This document shows, one piece after another, positions 36,211 through 46,749 of a DNA stretch of 64,000 bases; within the stretch, counting starts at the first letter, position 1; each line of letters begins with the position of its first letter. The translations under genes were made by a program, and so were the position numbers. Source of the stretch: Lepidodermella squamata. Its lineage: Eukaryota > Animalia > Gastrotricha. The stretch spans positions 1,240,001 to 1,304,000 of the forward strand of contig JBLDXI010000033.1 in NCBI GenBank assembly GCA_047495785.1, in the 5' to 3' direction. The notes beneath the pieces are model-generated. The model was given only the letters and a program-made list of their open reading frames with translations. It was not told where the DNA came from and searched no databases.

Positions 36211-36382
36211 CGTCGATGCAGGCAGCGGTTGGGCCTCGGGTGGCGGCACGCACCAAACGGCGGCCCGAGGCGATGAGTGGTTGGTTCCTTTTGGTGGCTG
36301 ATGGACTATCTGTAGATTTTCGTCGATGCAGGCAGCGGTTGGGCCTCGGGTGGCGGCACGCGCAAAGCGGCGGCCCGAGGCG
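36211..36382 (+). repeat. Two ~62-bp GC-rich direct repeats (110-nt period) in the LINE 3' UTR, each a hairpin
   Basis: CGTCGATGCAGGCAGCGGTTGGGCCTCGGGTGGCGGCACG...GGCGGCCCGAGGCG at 36211 and 36321. Confidence 0.85.
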
Positions 36383-37054
36383 TTGGCTTGGAAGTATTCC
36401 CGTATTAACATTATAATGAACACTGTATATTTATAGTTATTTGTCATTCTGTCGACCTCGCTTAATACGCGGAGCCGTAGCTGTGTATATTCAATTTGCT
36501 AACACTGAGGGGCCACTAACAGCCCGGTAATCTCCTATTTAGCCTGTGGGCTGAGGAATTGTTTTTCTAATTTACCTAATAAACCAACACTTCATATGAG
36601 TCGTCAGTTCGCGATTTCCAGCCTGCAGAGCAATATCGATTTCCAAGTATCGATTCGATTCCACAAATCAGCGATTTTTCGCTATTATTATTCTTGCTAA
36701 ATCCTGAATTAACACCGCTACACCTAATCATATCGCCGCTATTCTTTCCTTTTACGAAATATAATGTAATTAGTCACCACAGCATATGAGACTGATAGTT
36801 CTAAATAATTCTCCAGGAAACAAAACCGTTGTCCTTATTCAATGGCATTTCATCAGCTTCGGCTTGAACAAATTTCAGTATTGTACTGTTTCCAGGTTCC
36901 ACAAGGTTTAGTTCACTTCACCCGCAGCTTCGAAATGTTATCGGCACCCTTCGCTAAAATTTGATTTCATTACCTCTGCGAATTCAACTAGCGGATTCCA
37001 TCAAATAGCGCTATTCTCGTGTTTATTTCTATCACACATCAATCAATTGAAGGT

Positions 37055-37091
37055 AACACTGTTGCAATGACTTGTGGCCCTGAAAAGGGCC
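37055..37091 (-). promoter_or_regulatory. H3 histone 3' stem-loop plus conserved downstream element
   Basis: Minus strand GGCCCTTTTCAGGGCC ACAA GTCA TTGCAACAGTGTT. Confidence 0.9.
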
Positions 37092-37123
37092 GGTCGGTGT
37101 TGTTTTATTAGTGAACCAGTCGC

Positions 37124-37555
<432 letters not shown>

Positions 37556-37755
37556 TTAAAATGCAAATGCAATTTAGATTGATACAACCGACAAATGAGA
37601 CGGGTGTGAGTCGAAAAGGGTGCTCACAAAAGCGCGGGAGCACCCACCAATGAAAAAGGTGCGCAATTATAGAGGGTGACCAATGAGGCGCGTGCCGAAT
37701 TATTGTTATTCAAAAAGGGTGAATTTCGCACCGGAAACGTTGTTAGTAGCACTAA

Positions 37756-38106
<351 letters not shown>

Positions 38107-38498
38107 TAATCGGTCCCCAACAGTTCCGCTAACAGCTCTCACCATCAGCTTTCGACTACTAACCGGCCCTTTTCCCAAAAAATCAGGTAATAATAGAAAA
38201 ATTCTCAAAATTTGCAGGTCAGTCATAAATAATCTTACCCACCTTTGCCCAAAATATAACAATTTTTCTAAACAGCAGTTAATTTTTTAATCGTCGTAAA
38301 ACAATTTTACACCACGTTACGGTACGCACGCTGCCAGAAAGAGTAATCTCTACACTGACATTTTTTATCAGCCGTAGAGATAATGACCAGGCTTGTGGTT
38401 GGTAGGCCAAAAAACCGCCGCAGTAAAACAACCACAGTGTATAAAAGCGGTTTAACCCAACTGGACACCACTTATTTTTTTCATCACACAGAATAAGG

Positions 38499-39630
38499 AT
38501 GCCAAAAATTTCCAAGTTAGTCTACAGTCAACACGGTAATCCGGTTGATGTTCTGAGTCTGGTCGAAGAGGACTTGCCTGATGAACTTCAACCAGGCGAG
38601 GCCTATGTCAAGGTGCTGTACTCGCCGATCAACCCTAGCGATACTATGACCCTTAAAGGCTTCTATCCTAATCGACCCAGCCTTCCGTCTACGCCGGGAA
38701 ATGAAGGCGTTGTTGAAATTGTCCGGTCATCTACCGGTAGTTTCAAACCAGGAGATCGAGCCCTAGTCCGAACGCCATTTTGGGGCTATTATCGAACTGA
38801 AGGAATTGTTGTTGAGAAGCATTTGATTCCTATTCCTAAGCAGCTGCCGGACGAAGCTGCTGCAACTTTGATAGTCAACCCATGCACAGCTTATTTGATG
38901 ATCCAGCATATCATCCCAATGGCACCTGGTGATGTTTTAATTCAGAATGCCGCAAATTCTGCCCTAGGTCAAATTGTTATTCAGCTCGCTAATGCAGCTG
39001 GAATTAAGACCATCAATGTCGTAAGAGATCGGCCTAATTTGCAAGAGCTAGTGGCTTTGTTGAAAGGGCTTGGGGCCGATGCTGTTATTACGGAGGATCA
39101 GCTTAAGGGCGGTCTTGATAAGCTTAATTTGGGCCTTCCAGCGCCGAAATTGGCTCTTGAGTGTGTTGGCGGCGAGTCATCTTTGTATCTAGGCTCAGCC
39201 CTGGCTAATGGTGGAACCCTGGCCAACTATGGTGCTTTGAATGACAAGCCATGCTATTCATCCCAGCAAGACTTGATTTTCCGCGATATCAAGGTCCGAG
39301 GATTTTGGTTGACACAGTGAGCTACAATTTACATCATTAATTTGCTGGAAAATATTTTAAGGAGGAATTTTTATTGGGATTTTTTAAAGCTATTTCTTAG
39401 TTGGAATTATCAGCTCTTTCAAATAATTTTTCACGTATTTTTCTAGGTGGGTTCGTGAGCGTAAGCCTGAAGAATTCATGAAGGTGATTCAGGATGTTGC
39501 CGGGCTCTACATTGCTGGCAAATTGAAGCTGCCCACTTTCCGCAAGTTCCCGCTTTCGCAATACAAGGAAGCTATGGACCACGCTCTTAAAGGCTTCACC
39601 ACTGAGAAAGTTCTCATTCAACCGAACTAG
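38499..39630 (+). CDS. MECR/Etr1-like enoyl reductase, copy 2
   Basis: PINPSD...GFY, PGNEGV, VNPCTAY, NAANSALG, RGFWL; one 3' intron. Confidence 0.92.
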
Positions 39631-39797
39631 AGCGACTAACTACAACGCTTAATTTCGAATTATAATGATGAGTTGTGCCATAAAAGATTCGATAAATAAA
39701 TCAAATAAATTGTGAACACGTGCCATCGATTTTTTTATCTAGGAATTTTTCATTCATTTCTTTAATCTGTTTTCCTTCAATACAATAATTTTAGAAA

Positions 39798-41101
39798 ATG
39801 ACCACTGTTTCGAAATTGATTTACAACAACTGCGGCAATCCAGCCGATGTTCTGGCTTTGGTTCAAGAAGCAGCGCCAACTTCACTTCAACCTGGCGAAG
39901 CTCATGTCCGCGTTCTCCTATCGCCAATTAATCCAAGCGACTGCCGTGCAATTATGGGCAGATACCCGCACAGGCCGCCTCTTCCAGCAACCCCGGGTAA
40001 CGAAAGCGTAGCCGAAATAGTCAGATCATCGACTGGCAAATTCAACGTGGGCGATCGAGTTCTGATTGGCACCCAATTCTGGGGACATTGGCGACAAGAA
40101 GGCGTAGCCCTAGAGGATGATCTTGTTCTCCTCCCTAAAGATTTATCTCTTGAAGCTGCCGCGATTGTCACAGTCAATCCTTGTACAGCTTACATGTAAC
40201 TATATTTTGGCCGAATTTTCCGAAAATTTGATTTTTTTTTCTCTCAGGATGATGAAAAACGTGGTTCCGATGAATCCAGGTGATGTTTTGATTCAAAACG
40301 CGGCTAATTCAGCGCTTGGCCAGATTGTGATTCAACTCGCCCGGGCTCAAGGCATCAAAACCATAAACATCGTCCGACAACGGCCTAATTTACAGGAAAC
40401 TGTCGAAATTCTGAAAAAATTAGGCGCAGATGTGGTGATAACGGATGATCAGTTGAAGGAAGGTTTGGATAAGTTGAATTTAGGAATTGAAGCTCCTAAG
40501 CTCGGCCTTGAATGCGTGGGTGGCGAAGCGAGTCTCCACATGGCAGCTGCTTTGGCTAATGGTGGAACGTTGATAAGTTACGGAGCTCAAGCTGCGAAGC
40601 CTGTAATGGTCTCGCAACAGGATTTAATCTTTCGCGACATTCGAGTTGTTGGCTTTTGGAGGACGTACGTTACCTTTAAATTTTTATTGCCAACATTATT
40701 TTTTTTTATAAGTAAACAACCCCAAAATGTACCTATTAGTCTTTTGTTGGTATCACAAGCACCATCTTGATCTCACACATCATTATTCGTGCGTTTTTTA
40801 AAGCTTATGTGCGCGCGTGGGAGAGCTTCTTTGGCGGCGCAATAAAACTTGGCTAAGCTGGGGAAAAAAATTGGCTCAAAAAACGGTGACGTCAAATTTA
40901 ATTTTGTCCAATTCCAGGTGGATCGCTGAAAACAGGAAAGATCTATTCACGCCTGTTGTGAATGAAGTTATCGAGCTCTACATGAAGGGGAAGCTTCAAC
41001 TGCCGGCATTCAAGAAGTTCCCGATCGGCGAGTTCAAGGAGGCTGTGAATCACGCGCTATCTGGCTTCACCAACGAAAAGGTCTTACTACAGCTGTCGTG
41101 A
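39798..41101 (+). CDS. MECR/Etr1-like enoyl reductase, copy 3
   Basis: PINPSD...GRY, VNPCTAY, NAANSALG, GFWRT; two introns. Confidence 0.9.
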
Positions 41102-41243
41102 CAAAAATGCACACTTTATTCTCGCAACAAGACGACAATGAAAATAAAAGGCAGCTAGAGTGATTTGAAGCCATCGATATTGAAAAAAATTGAAATAAAA
41201 AAACCGACTTTCTGAATCTTTTTCGTAAAAATATATAAACAGG

Positions 41244-43304
41244 CTAGCTGCTGAAGTCATCTGCAGCAGTTCTTCTGAAGTATAGCGAGTAGGGATCGAA
41301 GGTTTGAACACACCCTTGCGTTCTCACCGAACACCGACTTTGATCCGGCCGCCAGTTTATAACGTAGCAGTTAGGTGAAGCATTGCATAGTGCGAAACAT
41401 TCTTCAATGCTCAGCTTAACTTCGCCTATCGCCCGACTTGTACCCTCGATACAGCGCTGATTTTCGGTGGCCAAATAACCTGGATAGCGAGACAAAAGAG
41501 TGCGCCAAGTTGGAGCTGAAGTAGCAGCTGTTCTCGGGGGGATAAAACGGGTTCGAAGTTCGACGAATTCCGTTGTAGTAGTCTGAGGTCTCGGTCTAGT
41601 AGATGAAGTTGGCGACCTTCTAGTCGATGTTGTTGTCATTTCAGCCCTCCCAGTCGTCGTCCACCTAAATTCAGTTGTTGGTAAGGTCGTAGTTGTAGTC
41701 GTCCTCCTAAATGGCGTCGGTTGAGGTGGGGGAGCTCCAGATTGAATGCTGTAAATGAACTCAGTCGGGTCGTCCCATGGGTCTAGCGATTTAGCGAGAA
41801 AATGCGACTGAACATCGATGCGGGTCGTGCATCCAGTTCCTACAGCGGAACATTCAACTTGTGGTATCCAATTAACGCCGATACAATCGTCGGCCTGATC
41901 GCAGATGGCGATGCAATCGTTGATATCGACCGAGGTATCGGCAATCACCCTGCTGCCGACGCATTTCGAGAGCCGGCGCGGTTTGTACCCGGTCGGGTAT
42001 CGAGGCGCGGCGGTTGTAGGCGGGCGTCTAGGCCGGGTTGTTGTCATTTTGAAGTCGAGCCCAACATTACCTCTTTGCCCCATTCTTAGGTAGAAGATAT
42101 ATTCTGACGAGCTATCCATAACGCTGCATCCCATACTGACCCCAGAGCATTGACTCAATTGTAGGTTCCAGTTAAGACCAATGCAATCCGACCGGCTTTT
42201 ACAGAATTCAGTACAGAAAATTAACGTCGAATCTAGCTTAAATATTTGACGTGATCCTTGACATTGGCTCGATTGGTAGACTTCGTAATCTTGACTTGCG
42301 TAGTAAAGACTGGCGGCGTTTTCGCTGTCAGGTTCCTTGTTTAGTGGCCTCAATCGGGCAGAAGCTGACGGAACCTTTTTACGAGTATTCTCGCTGACGT
42401 AGGTCATCGGAATTTTGCGGTATAGGACGGCCAATTCGCGCCGTTCGATTTTGCAATCCATAGTTCGGGAGATGCAAACGCCTAAGGCTGGGTAGACGGT
42501 GAAGCCCTGGCAACGGTTATTCGCGTCGCAGACAGCCGCGCATGATGATATATTCGACTGGGCTGGTCCGATTTGAGTCGCCCTGGCGCCGTTACAGGCC
42601 CACCCAGTCGCTACTCTGTAGTTAGGCATAACCCCACTCGAGTCCCATCGCATCGTGCCTATAATATCGTCTTGTAAATTAGAAATCACTGGGGCGGTAT
42701 TAGGCTGTTCTGACGAGGTGCTCGCGGCTGATTTGAGTAGGAAAACGTATTGAGGATAGCTGCCGTAGATGCAAAATCCAGATGTTGCGTAACAAACGCC
42801 GCTTGTCAGGTCCACATTGACGCCGTAGCACTGAGGATTCGCGTTGCAAGCTTCTTTACAATCTAGGGCCGAGTCCTTGCCCTCGCCGATCAAACGGCTG
42901 TAGCCTCCACTGCAGCGGTAACCTGCTTTTATGACGTAGTCGTCATTAACCGGGTCATCGACGGGCCGTGGAGGGGCGCCGGGTTTGCGGTAGAAGGTGT
43001 AGCCGGAGCTGCGTTCAATTGAACAGCTAGCCGAGGTCAGTGTACACGTAAAAGGGCTTGTGGTCAGCCAATTGAAGCCGATGCAATTGCGCAGTTTGTC
43101 GCATAATTCTGTACATTGACCTCGCGAATTTGTCGGCTCGGCTAGACTTTCACCTCCTAAACACCTTCTACCCTGTTCAGCATTGTAGAGCTGAGCGAAA
43201 GTTTTATCTATAAAATTAAAATTAATCGAAAATAAAATAATGAGGAAAACCTTACCGGTGAGGATCTCGAGTAATATCACAAGGAAGCTTGTGCTAAATT
43301 TCAT
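41244..43304 (-). CDS. Secreted protein with six PAN/apple-like 6-Cys domains and mucin-like Thr/Pro linkers
   Basis: Signal peptide, probable short in-frame intron near 43210-43255; six repeats of C...CxxxC...C-x-G/V-hydrophobic...C...C; TTTTTT tract. Confidence 0.8.
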   Translation of the reverse strand: MKFSTSFLVILLEILTGKVFLIILFSINFNFIDKTFAQLYNAEQGRRCLGGESLAEPTNSRGQCTELCDKLRNCIGFNWLTTSPFTCTLTSASCSIERSSGYTFYRKPGAPPRPVDDPVNDDYVIKAGYRCSGGYSRLIGEGKDSALDCKEACNANPQCYGVNVDLTSGVCYATSGFCIYGSYPQYVFLLKSAASTSSEQPNTAPVISNLQDDIIGTMRWDSSGVMPNYRVATGWACNGARATQIGPAQSNISSCAAVCDANNRCQGFTVYPALGVCISRTMDCKIERRELAVLYRKIPMTYVSENTRKKVPSASARLRPLNKEPDSENAASLYYASQDYEVYQSSQCQGSRQIFKLDSTLIFCTEFCKSRSDCIGLNWNLQLSQCSGVSMGCSVMDSSSEYIFYLRMGQRGNVGLDFKMTTTRPRRPPTTAAPRYPTGYKPRRLSKCVGSRVIADTSVDINDCIAICDQADDCIGVNWIPQVECSAVGTGCTTRIDVQSHFLAKSLDPWDDPTEFIYSIQSGAPPPQPTPFRRTTTTTTLPTTEFRWTTTGRAEMTTTSTRRSPTSSTRPRPQTTTTEFVELRTRFIPPRTAATSAPTWRTLLSRYPGYLATENQRCIEGTSRAIGEVKLSIEECFALCNASPNCYVINWRPDQSRCSVRTQGCVQTFDPYSLYFRRTAADDFSS

Positions 43305-45016
43305 TCAAAACGACTAAAAAATTAAATAAATATTAAATAAGGAATAAAATAAGGAATGGACAGTGCTCAAAGAAGGGGGTCATCGCAGGATTAACTGACC
43401 ACGGCAGTTTTTGTATAGCACGCGTAACTCTTTTCATCGCATGACGTTTTTTTCGCCCATTAACATCCTGATTTATACCTCAATTAAATGATTTATTAAT
43501 AAGGTTATATAAAAAGGCCGGTGGGACCGGCGTATTTCGCGTGATGATTAGTAGGACGTAGTTCTGTTTAGGGAGCATGTTATTTTTCTTTGACGATGCT
43601 GTCGGGGTTACGAAAATTGCTTCATTCGCATTCGGGCATAGCGCCACCAACACGTAAGTGGGTGCGTGTATTTACTAATGCTTTCTTCCTCGAAAGTGAC
43701 GTTGACGTAAATAATTGCCTTTTCAACAAGTATAAACATATATACATCAGAACGCACTATGAACTAACGACACGAGCGAGCACTCGTCAACATCTTAGTC
43801 ACCTTGTGGCTACACCTACCTAGTTGTTAGTATAAACGCTACAGCCGCCTTCGTGTGTTCTGGTGTTAAAGTCTCGTATCCATTCTTTGCCTTTCCACGT
43901 ATATTATCGCCGTCGAATGGGCAGAGCTGCTGTGATGCACTCCGGTGAACTTTACAACAACACTACAAGCAGTGTCAACCGTTTATTTCTCTTTAATCAT
44001 CAGCCGACAGCTTGTTAATTCGCCATCAACAACTAGACACGTCCAACGCATCGACGACATTACATAATTCTGCTGTCTATGTGTGAATTGTTCAGGAGAT
44101 TGCACGCTTAGCTTAGCCGGCTTAATACCTTAATCATCGCCATCGAGCCAAAAAAATTTGCGCCGTCATCTTTCTGGTTTATCAGTGAGTCATTCCTGGC
44201 CACACTCCATGTATTAGCATTAAGCGTGATGAATCTTTGAAAAATCCGGCATTTTTTATCTTAAATTTCAATTTTTTTAAATTTTTTATTCAAAAAGATT
44301 TCTGAACCTATTTATTTATTTATCTATTTATTGTTAGTGGTGCCATTTTTTGCTTCGCATTTTCAACATTTATTCATTTTATAAAAAATTCCAAATTCAC
44401 CATGAAATTTCAATCAAAATGAAATGAAAATATTATAAAAAAAATTAGACAGGAAAAATATTCATTTTGATTTGGTTTCTCAATTGTTTCTCAATGGAAA
44501 GATCTTTTACACAACACACAGCTCGATAATACTGGAAAGGTATTTGTTTAGCAAATATCCTAATGCCCCAAGTCAAAGGAGTTGTGTATCAAATCATCTT
44601 TTCACACAACCGACTATTGATTTTCATATAGGTCAAAAATCCAACCGTCTGAGTTTTTGACACTGGACAATTACACAGGACAGGGCGACCTCGTATAGAC
44701 ACGCGTGCGTTCTCGTTCGCCAATAGGGGCTGAATTCGAACTTTTTCGACCCGTTTTAGACATTATATACGCATGTGCATGAGGAAGCCAGACTTTGACC
44801 TTTATCCGCTGTCCAAAAGTGATAAGAGTCGGCCAAATTTCTGATATACAGCAATGCAATACTACTGTCCAGCGATATTGTTGACGTAGCTTATAATAGA
44901 ATTCATGCGTTGTCAAGATAAGCGTGGATATAGTATAAAAAGGCTGAGAGCTACCGCTCATTGCATTTCACTTCCAATTTCTCTGTAAAATTGTTTGAAT
45001 TTCTCAAATCATCATA

Positions 45017-46123
45017 ATGTCGACTTACTCGAAGGTTGTTTACCAAAAGTTCGGTAACCCCGATGAAGTTCTGTCACTGCAAAGCGACCCAGTGCCGGCG
45101 TCTCTTCAACCAGGAGAAGCCGAGGTACGCGTCCTGTTGGCACCAGTCAACCCTGCCGACATCATGGCAATACAGGGCCATTACCCGACCCGCCAACCAG
45201 CCCCTGGCGTTCCTGGTCTAGAAGGAGTCGCTGAAATCGTCAAGTCATCAACTGGAGCTTTCCAACCCGGCGACCGTGTACTAGTGCAGACCCCAATTTG
45301 GGGATACTGGCGTCAAGGTGGCGTCGCCCTTGAGAAGGACCTCGTCAAACTGCCGAAAGAGCTTTCCATCGAAGCAGCTGCAACCTTGATTGTCAACCCA
45401 GTCACAGCATATTTGTAAGCCTCCTTAAAATAATTATGTTCAATTCTGAAGTAATTTCTGGAAATAGGATGTTGAAGTACATTGTCCCGATTGCCGCGGG
45501 CGATGTTGTCATTTTCAACGCTGCAAACTCAGCTTTGGGCCAGTTGATGAATCAGATGGCTCGCGACGCTGGCATCAAGACCATCAATGTCGTCCGGGAT
45601 CGTCCCAATCTCCAAGAAGTCGTCACCCTCCTGAAAGGCCTCGGGGCTTCTGCGGTCATCACCGAGGACCAGCTCAAGGCCGGTATTGACAAGCTCAACT
45701 TGGGCCTTCCAGCTCCTAAATTGGCTCTAGACGCTATTGGTGGAGAGTCCGCTCTTCTCCTCGCTGCTGCTTTGGGAAATGGTGGCACCTTGGCTAACTA
45801 CGGCGGTCTATCCGGAAAACCCGTTTTCACATCGCAGGCCGAACTTATTTTCAGAGATATTCACGTTCGTGGATTCTGGCTTACCCAGTAAGCAATCCCA
45901 TATGAAATTTTGATATTTACTAATTCAATTAATTTTTAGATGGGCCTCGACTCACAAACCTGAGGAATTCGGCGCTATAATTGGCGAGGTAGTCAAACTT
46001 TTCGTTACTGGTAAGCTGAAAGAACCGGCTTTCCGCAAATTCCCGGCAGCTCAATTCAAGGAGGCTGTTCAACACGCCGCGAAGGGCTTCACTCAGGAGA
46101 AAGTTCTCTTGCAATTCAACTAA
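45017..46123 (+). CDS. MECR/Etr1-like enoyl reductase, copy 4
   Basis: PVNPAD...GHY, PGLEGV, VNPVTAY, NAANSALG, RGFWL; two introns. Confidence 0.92.
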
Positions 46124-46749
46124 ATCTTCAAAGTCTAAGGTTGATATTGAACTGCCTCAAATATCATGCTTGCTGATTGAATCCGTTTTAAAATAAACCA
46201 TTTATCTACTGGATTCAAGCTTTTTGTTGATTTCACGATCGAATATCAAGAATGGAACCAACCATAGATAGAACCGTAAGATAGAAAATACGATAAAATC
46301 TAAGAATCAGCAAAAAAGTTAATTTTTGCCGGTAAAATGGTAACCATTATGGTGCCGAGATGATTTTGATTTTTTGGAATAAATGACACTAGGTATACAA
46401 AGTGCTGCGAAAAGTGCGGAAAAATCAGCCAACAATGGGTGCTTATTTGTCTTGCTCTCATAACTACGTTGAATTAAATCGGCTATAGCTTTTTCGATCT
46501 GATTAAATTTCACGGAATAAAAAATGTTTCAATTACCTTAAGCATGCTGTTGATGTCACCTCGGAGTGTATTATGCTCTTGTATAAGACAAAGCCAGATG
46601 TACGTCATTCGCCCTCATAAGCAAAATTTCTCCGCAGTTCATCGTCTCCGCAAAATCCTACTTTAGAATTAGCCTGATGGATAGATACCTCAGACATGAG
46701 GTGAATTACTGCTACATAAGTTCAGCAAGAGTGAATTCATATTTTTCAG

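Larger units (their letters stand above)
30538..36588 (+). mobile_element. Apparently full-length non-LTR retrotransposon (APE-type LINE, I/Jockey-group-like) in the H2A-H3 spacer; ends approximate
   Basis: Two intact overlapping ORFs, T-rich 5' leader, structured 3' UTR ending AATAAACCAAC; candidate short TSD ACTTCA at 30532-30537 and 36589-36594 (weak). Confidence 0.9.

Noticed and set aside
43565-43959. Solo LTR (TGTT...AACA with TATA-like motifs)
   Set aside because: No matching target-site duplication and no second copy in the window
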